This document shows, in pieces, positions 9,936-19,454 of a stretch of 64,000 nt of DNA (position 1 is the first letter of the stretch; each line of letters begins with the position of its first letter). Below the pieces are notes generated by a model. It saw only the letters and a program-made list of their open reading frames with translations, made no database searches and was not told the DNA's origin. The stretch lies in the sequence record PZ386970.1. One strand, given 5' to 3'. The translations under genes were made by a program, and so were the position numbers. This DNA is from a phage.

Positions 9936-10136
9936 TTATTCGTAGAAGTCGGTAACTGTCCATGCGGAATTGCGATTAGACATTATTTTATTATACTCAT
10001 CTTTAAAAGCAGATTTGAGCATTTGTTCAGTAACAATATGTTCTTCACCTGAAAAAGTATTGGTCAAAACATATTTTTTAATTTCAGGGACAACGAGAAG
10101 ATGTTGTCCGGTTGAATACTCCATGTTGTTCTCCAT
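9936..10136 (-). CDS. Hypothetical protein (45.2 position)
   Basis: 66 aa ORF, tightly packed between rpbA and gene 46. Confidence 0.5.
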   Translation of the reverse strand: MENNMEYSTGQHLLVVPEIKKYVLTNTFSGEEHIVTEQMLKSAFKDEYNKIMSNRNSAWTVTDFYE

Positions 10137-10178
10137 TTAATTTGATGTGGTCATTATAACCACATCGTGTTAAAGCGT

Positions 10179-11867
10179 TTATGAAACAGTCATCACAGTA
10201 AATCGTCCAACTTTGCTCATTTGAAGATGTTGTCCATAAGCTTGTGGGTCATGGTCTCTGTGACTAATTATAAACACGTTTGCATCGGTTAGAGAGTTAA
10301 GAATTGTTGAAATAGCTTTAATACCTTCAGAATCAGTCGCTGAATCCATGACTTCGTCCATAATTAATGTATTGATTCTAACACCAGAGACCTTTTCAGC
10401 AATATCTCGCCATGTAAACAACAATGCGATATCGATACGTGCCTTTTCACCTTGACTAAATGAAGCATAACTAAAATCTTCACGGCCACGTGATTTTATA
10501 GATTCATTGAATTCTTCGTCAATAGAAAACACGTAATCAGCTTCCATGATTTTAAGATAATGGTTAATCTGCTTGTTGAACAGAGGCACATATTTTTTAA
10601 TGATAGCACCTTTAATACCAGAATCTTTTAACATATCTGTGATAATACCACGATGGTATTTTTCAAGAACGATATCTGATTTTGTTTTAATGATTTTATC
10701 AAGTTCTTTTTGAAGCAAAGCTATCTCATCGGCATGGTCGATAAATTCTGCTGAGGCTTGTTCTATTGCAGCTTTAACTTTCTTAGCTTTATCAATAGTG
10801 GCAATCATTGCTTGTTTCTTGGTACGAATATCAGATGCAAGGTCCTGTTTAGTCTTAACATTAGCTCTATATTCGTCCACTAGGACACTCAGATTATCTC
10901 TGTGACAGGTAAGTTGCTCGAATGAGTGATTACATTCATGAAGCTTATCGGTAATCTTAGAGACAATAGGATCACCCTGGTGCAACTGTGATGCGCAAGT
11001 AGGACATGTACCGCCATCATGATACATCTTAATAACTTTGTTATATGAGTCAATTTTAGATTTAATCAAGAATGCTTCTTGTCCTATCTTGTTGAATGCC
11101 TCAGTAGGATCTTCATCAAGAACGATATTAAGTAGTCGCTCATTAGCTTCTTCGATTTCTGCTTTTAATGAACGAGCTTCTTTGGCTAGGTCGTCATACA
11201 TATTCTGTAGACGCGCTACATTATCACCAGATAATTTCTTTTGACGTTCGATATTATCGTTATAAATCTTAATTTGTTGGATAATACCATCTTTCTTGGC
11301 ATCAAGAACTTGTCCCTGGGAATTAAGTTCTCGAACTTGAGACTTATTGATTTTATCCATTTCAGCGAGTGTGCCAACTTCTAAAAGGTCTTCGACAAGT
11401 TTTCTACGAGCAGGGGTGCTAAGAGCCATGAAAGGGGTATACCCTGCCGTCCCAAGCACAACGATTTGTTTAAAAGACGCGTATGACATTCCGATGCTAC
11501 GTTCAAATTCTTCTTGGAAGTCACGACTGCTGGCAGATTCATCGAGACGAACACCGTCAACGGAGATTTCGAAAATATTGGGCTTTTGGCCGCGTTTAAT
11601 GAAGTATTTTTTATCATCGAATTCCATCCAAAGCTCAACTAAGAGCTCTTTCTTGTTCGTGCTATTAATGATTTGTCCTTTCTTAACATCACGAAATGGT
11701 TTACCGAAAAGTCCGAAAGTAATGGCTTCTAACATCGTAGATTTACCACCGCCGTTTTTACCGGTGATTAATGTCTTTTGGACTTTATCTAATTGGATAT
11801 CAATAGGATTCCCACCTACCGACATGATGTTTTGATAACGAACACGATTTAATTTAAATGATTTCAT
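10179..11867 (-). CDS. 46: Recombination/repair exonuclease subunit gp46 (Rad50/SbcC-like ATPase)
   Basis: 562 aa; Walker A GKNGGGKST, central coiled coil, CxxC zinc hook (GGTCPTCASQ), C-terminal signature/Walker B region. Confidence 0.95.
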   Translation of the reverse strand: MKSFKLNRVRYQNIMSVGGNPIDIQLDKVQKTLITGKNGGGKSTMLEAITFGLFGKPFRDVKKGQIINSTNKKELLVELWMEFDDKKYFIKRGQKPNIFEISVDGVRLDESASSRDFQEEFERSIGMSYASFKQIVVLGTAGYTPFMALSTPARRKLVEDLLEVGTLAEMDKINKSQVRELNSQGQVLDAKKDGIIQQIKIYNDNIERQKKLSGDNVARLQNMYDDLAKEARSLKAEIEEANERLLNIVLDEDPTEAFNKIGQEAFLIKSKIDSYNKVIKMYHDGGTCPTCASQLHQGDPIVSKITDKLHECNHSFEQLTCHRDNLSVLVDEYRANVKTKQDLASDIRTKKQAMIATIDKAKKVKAAIEQASAEFIDHADEIALLQKELDKIIKTKSDIVLEKYHRGIITDMLKDSGIKGAIIKKYVPLFNKQINHYLKIMEADYVFSIDEEFNESIKSRGREDFSYASFSQGEKARIDIALLFTWRDIAEKVSGVRINTLIMDEVMDSATDSEGIKAISTILNSLTDANVFIISHRDHDPQAYGQHLQMSKVGRFTVMTVS

Positions 11868-12112
11868 ATGTATTCTCTTCGAATGAAGTCCTCTACATAT
11901 TTTAACATGTCATCCCTATCAGCAAAATATTCATCTAGTTCTGCATACATAACAACACCTGGTGCGTACTCACAGGTAACATACATTGTTCCAAAGAAAC
12001 GAGGAGTTGATTCCTCGTAATTCTCAGTCCATTCTACGATACCAAAATAACCGTCGCCAATACTAAATTCATGGCGCTGGTATTCATTAGTCTTCGTAGT
12101 CATTATAAGCAT
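11864..12112 (-). CDS. Hypothetical protein (46.1 position)
   Basis: 82 aa ORF, start overlaps upstream stop. Confidence 0.5.
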   Translation of the reverse strand: MLIMTTKTNEYQRHEFSIGDGYFGIVEWTENYEESTPRFFGTMYVTCEYAPGVVMYAELDEYFADRDDMLKYVEDFIRREYI

Positions 12113-12347
12113 CCTCGATGCAGGCTTCAGCCATTTTCAGAAGAGAACCAGGAGTATCACCGTCCATTACATTGAAACTGAATTCCACAGCCCAGTCTGT
12201 ACAGACACGAACTGCTTTAACTTCACCGTCTTCAACTCGTAATGGTTCAATCCAGTATTTCACTGTGTTCTCGAATCCATCATCATCTTTAACGTCTATT
12301 TCAACTTCAAGCCCGAGCCCAGCATTGTTAAATTCATCTAAAGTCAT
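12087..12347 (-). CDS. Hypothetical acidic protein (46.2 position)
   Basis: 86 aa ORF between gp47 and gp46. Confidence 0.5.
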   Translation of the reverse strand: MTLDEFNNAGLGLEVEIDVKDDDGFENTVKYWIEPLRVEDGEVKAVRVCTDWAVEFSFNVMDGDTPGSLLKMAEACIEDAYNDYED

Positions 12348-13363
12348 TGTGTTGCCTCAATATAAAGTTCGTTGGAATATTTGACCAGCGCTTCTCTGTC
12401 TTCGTCTGAGATATCTGGAATCGCATCAATATATTCTTTAATGATATCTTGAAGTGATTTAATCTCGATTTCCTGGTCGTCATCGGATTCAACACTGTTA
12501 TCAACTTTAGAAACCATACGAAGAGAGTGAACTACTTTTTCAAGTTCAGATTCAAACTTAGTCAATTCTGAATCAATTTCTGATACTATAACACGTACGG
12601 CTAGATTAGTATAATCAGAATAATTGATTTTGCCTTTAAACGGATAAGTGATTCGTCGATGCCATGTTGTTTCATTAGGAATAAATTCCATACGTTCAAC
12701 ATCAGTGTCAAATACCCAGAATCCGCGCGGGTCATTCTCATCGCCTGCAGTAAGGGTCCATGGTGTCCCAATATATTTGACGTTAGCAGCTTCAGAGATT
12801 GTGTGGAAGTGGCCAGACCAGACTTGTTTATAGGTCTTTAAGAAATCAGGTTCAAGCCCATGAGACTTCATTCCTTTATAGAAATAAAAGCCATTCAGTT
12901 CCCAGTGTCCAACACAATACGCAGCAGAAGAAGTCTTGATGTGCTCTAAGATTTCACCTGTATTTTCTTCACACATCCATGGAATTAAATCAATCAGACA
13001 CCCATCGAAATCAACAGTCGTAGGTTTATCATAAATAACAACATTTTTACGATGAGACAAAAGCTCTTGGGTTGTATTAGGGTATAAAGTTGTCTTATAA
13101 AAAAGGTCGTGGTTACCCAAAATAGTGTGAACGGTTATTCCAGCGTTTTCAGCCATATCAAATAATTCACGAGTAAACTCCATACAACGTTGTGTTGTGT
13201 GAGCTCGTACATCAAATACGTCCCCGTACTGTATCCATGTTGTTATTCCATTTTTAACAGAATAATCCACCATTTGTTTGAATCCGTGTCGTTGGATGTT
13301 TTGAATCCAAACATCATCCTTTTTTACACCTAAGTGCAAATCGCCCACGTTAAGAATTTTCAT
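12344..13363 (-). CDS. 47: Recombination/repair nuclease subunit gp47 (Mre11/SbcD-like metallophosphatase)
   Basis: Start at MKILNVGDLHLG gives 339 aa (T4 gp47 length); phosphoesterase motifs GDLHLG, GDVFD, GNHD. Confidence 0.95.
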   Translation of the reverse strand: MKILNVGDLHLGVKKDDVWIQNIQRHGFKQMVDYSVKNGITTWIQYGDVFDVRAHTTQRCMEFTRELFDMAENAGITVHTILGNHDLFYKTTLYPNTTQELLSHRKNVVIYDKPTTVDFDGCLIDLIPWMCEENTGEILEHIKTSSAAYCVGHWELNGFYFYKGMKSHGLEPDFLKTYKQVWSGHFHTISEAANVKYIGTPWTLTAGDENDPRGFWVFDTDVERMEFIPNETTWHRRITYPFKGKINYSDYTNLAVRVIVSEIDSELTKFESELEKVVHSLRMVSKVDNSVESDDDQEIEIKSLQDIIKEYIDAIPDISDEDREALVKYSNELYIEATQ

Positions 13364-14177
13364 ATTGCACCTTAAATTTACCATAAATTATACTGTGATA
13401 ACTTAAATCAGGAAAACCTTCTGCGACGGCTAAAGGTCTAAACTTCTTAGGACTTATTCTACCACATTTTACCCAAAGAGTATATAGTGCTTCATAATAT
13501 TCAAATAATGGTCCTTTACGAGCTTCAGAAACAGTTTTACGCACTTTGTCCTTTATTGACGGGTCTAAATTTCTAAGGGTTTCACTAATTTTGTTTCGAT
13601 GGGTTTCATTAATAAGATTTCCTTTAACCCAGCCTTCAGGTTCAGTCCCTGGGACAAACATTTTCTTTTCTTTGCCATTATTATACCATTTGCGACCTTT
13701 ATTGTGACTAGAGGCTTTATATTCAGGAGAACGACCTTTTACATTACCTTCTGGTATATAAGGTAGAAAACTTTGTTCTAACGTTTCAGGGTTGTATGAG
13801 TGTATATGGCCTTTACCATTATGTGAGCCGTACAATGGGTGCTCTTCTTTTGGAAGTGATAATCCGAAAAATCCTTTAGGAGCAGCAATTGCTTTATTCA
13901 TATACATCGGGTTATTGGCAGCATCCACCTTTAGTTGGAGTAAACGTTCAGCTTTTGTCGCTTCTTCTCTTGTGGCGTGTTCACTTACAATACATGAATC
14001 AAAAAGATGTGGATTCATTTTTAGTTCAGAATTGTAAATTTCCTTATACGCTTTTGATAAAACCGTTCCGTGATATCCAGCTTTATGTTTTGCAATATTT
14101 GTGGAACCTATATAAAACGGTGGAAGTTTGTCACCATCATAAATCGTAAAATATACTATGTACATGTTATTCTCCAT
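13350..14177 (-). CDS. Free-standing GIY-YIG homing endonuclease (seg-like) with NUMOD3-type DNA-binding repeats
   Basis: 275 aa; N-terminal YIVYFTIYDG...FYIGST (GIY-YIG), downstream Glu-rich catalytic region, repeated basic HxxK/NKGRKWYNNGKEKK segments; occupies the T4 alpha-gt position. Confidence 0.8.
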   Translation of the reverse strand: MENNMYIVYFTIYDGDKLPPFYIGSTNIAKHKAGYHGTVLSKAYKEIYNSELKMNPHLFDSCIVSEHATREEATKAERLLQLKVDAANNPMYMNKAIAAPKGFFGLSLPKEEHPLYGSHNGKGHIHSYNPETLEQSFLPYIPEGNVKGRSPEYKASSHNKGRKWYNNGKEKKMFVPGTEPEGWVKGNLINETHRNKISETLRNLDPSIKDKVRKTVSEARKGPLFEYYEALYTLWVKCGRISPKKFRPLAVAEGFPDLSYHSIIYGKFKVQYENS

Positions 14178-14467
14178 TTTGTATAGAAATTACTATATCA
14201 TAGTTTATACTGTTTGTAAACCCTAGAAACGAGAAAAGGAACTCCGAAGAGTTCCTATCCACATAGTACACCGTACAGAGGCTCATTTGAACTTTTAAAT
14301 CGAATGGGCTTGTATGTAATAGTTCCTTCGGCAGAAGCTTTATCATAAGACTCTTTAAAACGTCTCATTCTTTCTGCTTTGCCTTTACGGATTTTATCGA
14401 AATTTTCAGAAGTCGGGATGTTCGTCATGCATAAGCACCTCTCAGAAAATGCCTAAATCGATTTCTC

Positions 14468-14689
14468 TCATCGTTTCCACCATTTCTTAACTTGAAATGA
14501 ATCAACCCACACGAGTTGTTTTGGGTCTGCCTTTACAATAGGCAGACAAATTTCTGTAATAGAACCGTCGTGATATTCCTTTTCAGAAATTTTAACACAA
14601 AGAGGACCTCCCAATTTAAGGGTGAACCCTGCGTTCAGCTTCAGACGTTTAAACTTTGTTTGAACTAGCGCCATTAATGATGTCCTCAA
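14468..14689 (-). CDS. Hypothetical protein
   Basis: 73 aa ORF. Confidence 0.45.
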   Translation of the reverse strand: MRTSLMALVQTKFKRLKLNAGFTLKLGGPLCVKISEKEYHDGSITEICLPIVKADPKQLVWVDSFQVKKWWKR

Positions 14690-14972
14690 TAGCCTGACGA
14701 GTAGTAACCCACTGGATTTTAATTAACTTGTCATTATATGGTTGTCGTAGAATATCCCGAGATTTCTTAATAGCATATTCGTAAGCTTCGAAGTTGTTTT
14801 GAATTGCTGCTTCTTGAGCATGAGCATAAAGACGGTTTAGCTCAAAACGATTCTTTTTAAGAATCTTTTCGGATTTTTTACGTGCTTCAGCTTCATTTTT
14901 CTTTTGTATTTCTTGTAGCATTTTGGCTACTGCATCTTCTGCTTCTTTATTTTCAATAATCTCGGTAGTCAT
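14649..14972 (-). CDS. Hypothetical protein (coiled-coil, K/E-rich)
   Basis: 107 aa ORF. Confidence 0.5.
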   Translation of the reverse strand: MTTEIIENKEAEDAVAKMLQEIQKKNEAEARKKSEKILKKNRFELNRLYAHAQEAAIQNNFEAYEYAIKKSRDILRQPYNDKLIKIQWVTTRQAIEDIINGASSNKV

Positions 14973-14973
14973 A

Positions 14974-15189
14974 TTATCTCATTAAATTAAAATAAAAACG
15001 TCCGTCCTCTTCAATACAGAACTCGTACTCAACTGGAGTCCCATTTATCGAAAATGACACGTCATGTGGGTTCAAAGGGTCGATGTCAAAATTAATTTTA
15101 AATTCTCTACCCAACAGTTTTACCAAATAAGGGATTGCTTCGTCAAAAGGTTCTTCTAAGTAGTTAGAGATGTCAATTGTTATCCTCAT
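14974..15189 (-). CDS. Hypothetical protein (start placed at internal Met to avoid overlap with gene 55)
   Basis: ORF-track frame 14974..15267; internal start [10 protein letters not shown] chosen by non-overlap; uncertain. Confidence 0.4.
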   Translation of the reverse strand: MRITIDISNYLEEPFDEAIPYLVKLLGREFKINFDIDPLNPHDVSFSINGTPVEYEFCIEEDGRFYFNLMR

Positions 15190-15730
15190 ATAAAAAATCC
15201 AAACTAGGCGAATCGCTAACAACTTCCTTCTTTTCAGCCCCAGGAGCTTTATAAGCTGATTCTTCATAATGCGTCATTTTATCGTAGATGTCTTGAATAA
15301 ACGTTTCATCTACCAACGCTACCATATCATCGTCATGACTGTCGTAGACATTATGAACGAAGTAACTATATTTCTTTGCAACTTCCTTACGTTCTTTTTT
15401 GATACGTTGGACAAAAGCATTAAAACAAGCTCGAGTTATGTATGCATGTGGGTTATTGTACTTAGTTTCGTCGAAATTATGAAGTCCCTTAATAGAGGCT
15501 TCAATCCCATCTGCAATCATCTCCTGCTTCCAAGACTGGGTATATCCTGAAAAGTTGAAACGTTTGGACAGGCCTTCGGCGATAAGCATAATTGCTAAAC
15601 CGATGGTATCATTCTGACGAATAATTTTGTTTGGGTCTTTATTATTTAAGAGCTCCTTTTTCCACTCGATTATAGCGGCGAGAAGCTCTTTATTATTCAC
15701 ATAGTTATTTTTAGGTTTTTGTTCAGTCAT
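15173..15730 (-). CDS. 55: Late-transcription sigma factor gp55
   Basis: 185 aa; near-identical to recalled T4 gp55 (…[15 protein letters not shown]…[38 protein letters not shown]…). Confidence 0.95.
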   Translation of the reverse strand: MTEQKPKNNYVNNKELLAAIIEWKKELLNNKDPNKIIRQNDTIGLAIMLIAEGLSKRFNFSGYTQSWKQEMIADGIEASIKGLHNFDETKYNNPHAYITRACFNAFVQRIKKERKEVAKKYSYFVHNVYDSHDDDMVALVDETFIQDIYDKMTHYEESAYKAPGAEKKEVVSDSPSLDFLYEDNN

Positions 15731-15802
15731 AAGTACCTCTTAGCTCAATTCATAGGTCTATTATATCATAATATTTAGAGACCTATCTTAAAGCACGAGA
15801 TA

Positions 15803-16072
15803 CTATCGGAGCAAACAATAAGCCTGAAACACTTTTTCCATTAAACGTTTGAACTCATGGATATCGATATAAAGCTCAGTAAGACCGGCATTATAAAGAA
15901 AATCTAAAAAGTTCTCATGTGTTTCGTTATAGTCGCCTTCGTTTAATTGAGATACATGAGTTTCCCAAAAACCAACACCTTTAACGAATGGAAAATACGT
16001 GACTTTCATGTATTCGTCAACATAAAATTCGCCAAGCTTTTCTTCTGTTATAGAAATTCGAGATAGTTTCAT
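15803..16072 (-). CDS. Hypothetical protein
   Basis: 89 aa ORF. Confidence 0.5.
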   Translation of the reverse strand: MKLSRISITEEKLGEFYVDEYMKVTYFPFVKGVGFWETHVSQLNEGDYNETHENFLDFLYNAGLTELYIDIHEFKRLMEKVFQAYCLLR

Positions 16073-16296
16073 TCTATTTCCTTTGCTGCTTCAAGAGCAG
16101 CATCCAGCGAATCAAATTGGTCAACGAAATCAATATTCAACGCATCGTCAACCGTAGCATATAACCACCATTGTTTGAATTCATATTCTAGGATAAATCC
16201 AGGCCCTTCAATCTGAGGAAGACCTAGACTATTTGTACCAACTTCGTAACCAGCTAGACGCAGGTCATTAATCAAAGTTTCTGTTAATACGCTCAT
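16069..16296 (-). CDS. Hypothetical acidic protein
   Basis: 75 aa ORF, start overlaps upstream stop. Confidence 0.5.
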   Translation of the reverse strand: MSVLTETLINDLRLAGYEVGTNSLGLPQIEGPGFILEYEFKQWWLYATVDDALNIDFVDQFDSLDAALEAAKEIE

Positions 16297-16625
16297 TTTA
16301 CCGCCTTAACAATTTTCAGGTCAGCGAATTTTTTCTTACGTTGATTTTTCATACGACGGATAGTCTTTTCAGAGATTTCATGTTTCTGATAAGCTTTAGA
16401 TTCAACACCAAATGCAGCAACGTCAAATTCAGAAAGAATATATTGTACTAGAATTTCACGAATAGAATTACGTCCAATTTTCTGGTCGTGTTTTTGCATG
16501 ATTTCATAAAGACGGAATTCCCACGCGTCAAGAACTTGAGGAGTAACAATATTGCCGGATTCCAGAAGAGCAACAACTTTATCGAAAGCGAAAGAATTAA
16601 CTACGTTTTTGATTTTAGTAGACAT
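16293..16625 (-). CDS. Hypothetical protein
   Basis: Start moved to second ATG (MSTKIKNVV) which has a GAGGAA ribosome-binding site 6 nt upstream; 110 aa. Confidence 0.55.
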   Translation of the reverse strand: MSTKIKNVVNSFAFDKVVALLESGNIVTPQVLDAWEFRLYEIMQKHDQKIGRNSIREILVQYILSEFDVAAFGVESKAYQKHEISEKTIRRMKNQRKKKFADLKIVKAVK

Positions 16626-16691
16626 ATTATTTTCCTCGGTTATTTTATTATCCAACGAGAGAATTATACTCATCTCCCAAGAGTTTGTATA

Positions 16692-16931
16692 TTATTTTTT
16701 AAGCATGAAAAGTAAGTAATTTGTATCACGTGGAGTAATATCAACACCCATATCAAAGATGCCTTTATAGATTGGGTATTTGTTTTCGGTTGTATCGAAG
16801 CTGAAACTATTTCCATCACAACTAACAGTAATAGCATCTGTTAAAATGTCATACTCAACCCTAACAATTGAATCCCCAATTTTAACGTCGAGGTGTTTTT
16901 TGAATTTGATAAAATCTAATTCTTGGGCCAT
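16692..16931 (-). CDS. Hypothetical protein
   Basis: 79 aa ORF. Confidence 0.5.
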   Translation of the reverse strand: MAQELDFIKFKKHLDVKIGDSIVRVEYDILTDAITVSCDGNSFSFDTTENKYPIYKGIFDMGVDITPRDTNYLLFMLKK

Positions 16932-16994
16932 GATATTTTCCTCATTTTAAGACGATAGGAAGACATGTTATTATCTTCCTATCGTTGTACATTA

Positions 16995-17207
16995 TTAACC
17001 GAACTTTTTAGCGCCTTTCCAGCCTTCGTACATAACTGCACAAGTCAGTAGTACAGCGTGCTGGCATTCTTTGTATTTGTAAATCCAGAACCAGCGTAAG
17101 AAGTCTTCATCCTCAACGCCGTTGAGTTTCATATTGGCAAAGAATTCGGCACGTTCTTCACGAAGTTGCCATGACACAATATTTTCAGGATTCATTTTGT
17201 GTTCCAC
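16995..17207 (-). CDS. Hypothetical protein
   Basis: 70 aa ORF. Confidence 0.45.
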   Translation of the reverse strand: MEHKMNPENIVSWQLREERAEFFANMKLNGVEDEDFLRWFWIYKYKECQHAVLLTCAVMYEGWKGAKKFG

Positions 17208-17326
17208 GCCCCATTTTCATCGATGAACTTAATCCAGTCATTTACAGACCATTTAGTTGTATCACCCTTTGGATTAACATTTAAAGTATATAATCCCTGC
17301 TTAAAAAGCATTCGTTTGATATTCAT
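17192..17326 (-). CDS. Hypothetical small protein (internal start MNIKRMLF with GAGGAA RBS)
   Basis: ORF-track frame 17192..17419 trimmed to the RBS-supported ATG; 44 aa; uncertain. Confidence 0.3.
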   Translation of the reverse strand: MNIKRMLFKQGLYTLNVNPKGDTTKWSVNDWIKFIDENGAWNTK

Positions 17327-17333
17327 AATTTCC

Positions 17334-17654
17334 TCAACTGTAACGATAACATTCGTTAGCTTTACGTTTGGCTTCAGTATGAGAAGTATTATAATCATAC
17401 TCTTCTTTACTGTAAACATCTTTTTTCAACTTACGAACTTCTTTGCGGAGTTGTCGATTCATTTCATTCTTGACTTCAGAATCAACACCTTTCATACGTT
17501 TCCATTTATCTGAGCGGAAGATGTTTTCAACCATGTTTTTGTGGCTAACACCATCAGGAGCTTTACGCTTACCAAAATAGTCGTAATCGCGAACTTTCAA
17601 ATCTTTACGACGATATGTTTTACCCATAAGTACCTCAGAGGTTGATTGATACAA
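17334..17654 (-). CDS. Hypothetical basic protein
   Basis: 106 aa, Lys/Arg-rich. Confidence 0.5.
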   Translation of the reverse strand: MYQSTSEVLMGKTYRRKDLKVRDYDYFGKRKAPDGVSHKNMVENIFRSDKWKRMKGVDSEVKNEMNRQLRKEVRKLKKDVYSKEEYDYNTSHTEAKRKANECYRYS

Positions 17655-17883
17655 TGCGTTTGATAAAATTCACTTCACTTACTGAAAGGTCTTTAAGACC
17701 GATTGATTCTAAACGCTGAGTAAGCGTCAACATCGGGATATAGTCCCATTGAGTTTTAGACGCTTGATAAGTACGAACGCCATTAGCAATTTCAACATGC
17801 AAATTTGAAATGGTAACGAATACCAGACGCTCATCATTAACTTTAAGGGTTAGAACAACTTTCTTTGAATCTAAACTAATCAT
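17635..17883 (-). CDS. Hypothetical protein
   Basis: 82 aa ORF. Confidence 0.5.
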   Translation of the reverse strand: MISLDSKKVVLTLKVNDERLVFVTISNLHVEIANGVRTYQASKTQWDYIPMLTLTQRLESIGLKDLSVSEVNFIKRIVSINL

Positions 17884-18047
17884 TTTATTTTCCTCTATAG
17901 TAGTTGGTTTAATCTTAACATATCTATCGAGGATGTAAACTGTTTTATGAAAATATTTTTATTTGAGAGGGGCACAAGGAGATAGTGAAGTGAAGATTCC
18001 AATGGATTATATTAGAAATAGGATAAAGAAGACCAGGCGGCACCTGG

Positions 18048-18371
18048 TCAATCTTCTATGATATCAGAGTCGTATCCTAATGAAATCAAAGACTTTTTAA
18101 ACTCTGCAATATTCTTTTGTTTCTTATCATTTAAAAATATGACAGGATAACGAATATTAAGTGAAGTGAATCCTGCACGTTTAGCAAGAGATACGATTAA
18201 AGGACGGTCATATTCAATCTTACCATTATTAGTGAGGACTTTATAAAATGTATAAGGAGCATTGAGCTCCTTTAAAAGTTTTGTAACAGTATAACATCCT
18301 GGACAACGTCCTACTTCTTCAGGGATGCCGTAGATTTCAATCTTATTCTTTAAGTTCGAGTTTTGTTCCAC
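18048..18371 (-). CDS. nrdH: Glutaredoxin-like protein NrdH (CPGC redox motif); start uncertain (GTG proposed)
   Basis: Conserved KIEIYGIPEEVGRCPGCYTV; no in-frame ATG after the upstream stop, GTG with AAGGAA RBS ~12 nt upstream proposed. Confidence 0.65.
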   Translation of the reverse strand: MEQNSNLKNKIEIYGIPEEVGRCPGCYTVTKLLKELNAPYTFYKVLTNNGKIEYDRPLIVSLAKRAGFTSLNIRYPVIFLNDKKQKNIAEFKKSLISLGYDSDIIED

Positions 18372-18654
18372 GAGAAATAATTCCTTGATAAGCCCAATAA
18401 GGAGGATTAACAGAATCCTCACCCGAGTTTTCTTCAGGAAAATAAACCTGGATAACAAATCCAGATGCATCAAAGGTAAAATAAACCGTAGGCAGTTCAC
18501 CTAACAATTCGGCACGAGCGTTGATTTCTTCGAGGTCTTGTTCACGTCCAGCCCAAAAACTAGGATTTAGACTACATTCGTAAAAATAATAGTCATTACC
18601 GAACATATCAAACCCCTTCCAACTCTCTACCACGTACCGCTCAAAACTAATCAT
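18343..18654 (-). CDS. Hypothetical protein
   Basis: 103 aa ORF. Confidence 0.5.
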   Translation of the reverse strand: MISFERYVVESWKGFDMFGNDYYFYECSLNPSFWAGREQDLEEINARAELLGELPTVYFTFDASGFVIQVYFPEENSGEDSVNPPYWAYQGIISRGTKLELKE

Positions 18655-18656
18655 AA

Positions 18657-18872
18657 TTAAGCCTTTTTATCAAGAACAGAATTCAGTTTGTTAGTAATTT
18701 TGTCCAGACGCTCATTGAACTCACTAGAAGATAAGCCCTTTTCCGGAGAAATTAAACTAATCACGAAAAATACACCAGTAAAAGGAATAAGAAAAATAGC
18801 TCCAACTGCCATAAACAGAAAGAATGTTACAGTTGTAAGAAAATCAGCTAAACCTTTACGAAATTTATACAT
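18657..18872 (-). CDS. Hypothetical membrane protein
   Basis: 71 aa with one hydrophobic helix. Confidence 0.5.
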   Translation of the reverse strand: MYKFRKGLADFLTTVTFFLFMAVGAIFLIPFTGVFFVISLISPEKGLSSSEFNERLDKITNKLNSVLDKKA

Positions 18873-18983
18873 ATTTACCCTTAATTAATTAACCAAGCGT
18901 TGATAAGCAAACCATATTGCGAATAAAATTCTGGACCAAAATGAAAAATCATATCATTTATAGTATCCATAATGTAGTTCAAT

Positions 18984-19454
18984 TTAATCATGTTTCCACA
19001 CCCCATCGGTATTTGACCAAAGTCGCTGATTATCTGATCCTCGCCACAGCTTTTTGGTCGGAAGATTTTTCTCATACTTCCCATCAATAATAACATCAAC
19101 ATATTTAAGCATTTCTAGCTGTTTAATATCTTCAAACTTATATCCTGTCCACAACCAAATGCTTTTATTAGGATAAAGATTTTTTACTGTTTGAACAATG
19201 CAATGAATAACATCTCGGTTATCAGGATAGAGAGGGTCACCTCCGGTTATAGTCAATCCTTCTATATAATCATTATTCAAACATTCAATTAATTGTTCTA
19301 GTGTTTCACCAGTGAATGGAATACCATTTCTAGCATTCCATGTTGATTTATTATAACACCCTTCGCATTTATGCAAACACCCTGTAACGAAAAGAACGAC
19401 CCTACAACCAGGGCCATTCACAAAATCGCAAGGATAAAACCTATCATAATTCAT
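18984..19454 (-). CDS. nrdG: Anaerobic ribonucleotide reductase activating protein NrdG (radical SAM)
   Basis: 156 aa; radical-SAM cluster motif GCLHKCEGCYN; position next to nrdD. Confidence 0.93.
   Translation of the reverse strand: MNYDRFYPCDFVNGPGCRVVLFVTGCLHKCEGCYNKSTWNARNGIPFTGETLEQLIECLNNDYIEGLTITGGDPLYPDNRDVIHCIVQTVKNLYPNKSIWLWTGYKFEDIKQLEMLKYVDVIIDGKYEKNLPTKKLWRGSDNQRLWSNTDGVWKHD

Noticed and set aside
7028-13000. Nested or antisense ORFs within regA/62/44/45/rpbA/46/47 (e.g. 7028-7351, 7497-7727, 7962-8394, 8789-9079, 9600-10052, 11038-11835, 12118-12384, 12648-12841)
   Set aside because: They overlap well-supported conserved genes on the other strand or frame.
16650-16720. MotA-box-like TGCTTAA upstream of a TATAAT near ORF 16293-16625
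   Set aside because: Spacing between the box and -10 (~30 nt) is far from the ~12-13 nt expected for T4 middle promoters.
18881-19102. 73-aa ORF overlapping the 3' end of nrdG
   Set aside because: Overlaps a conserved gene by ~120 nt; only a ~30-aa non-overlapping remnant would remain.
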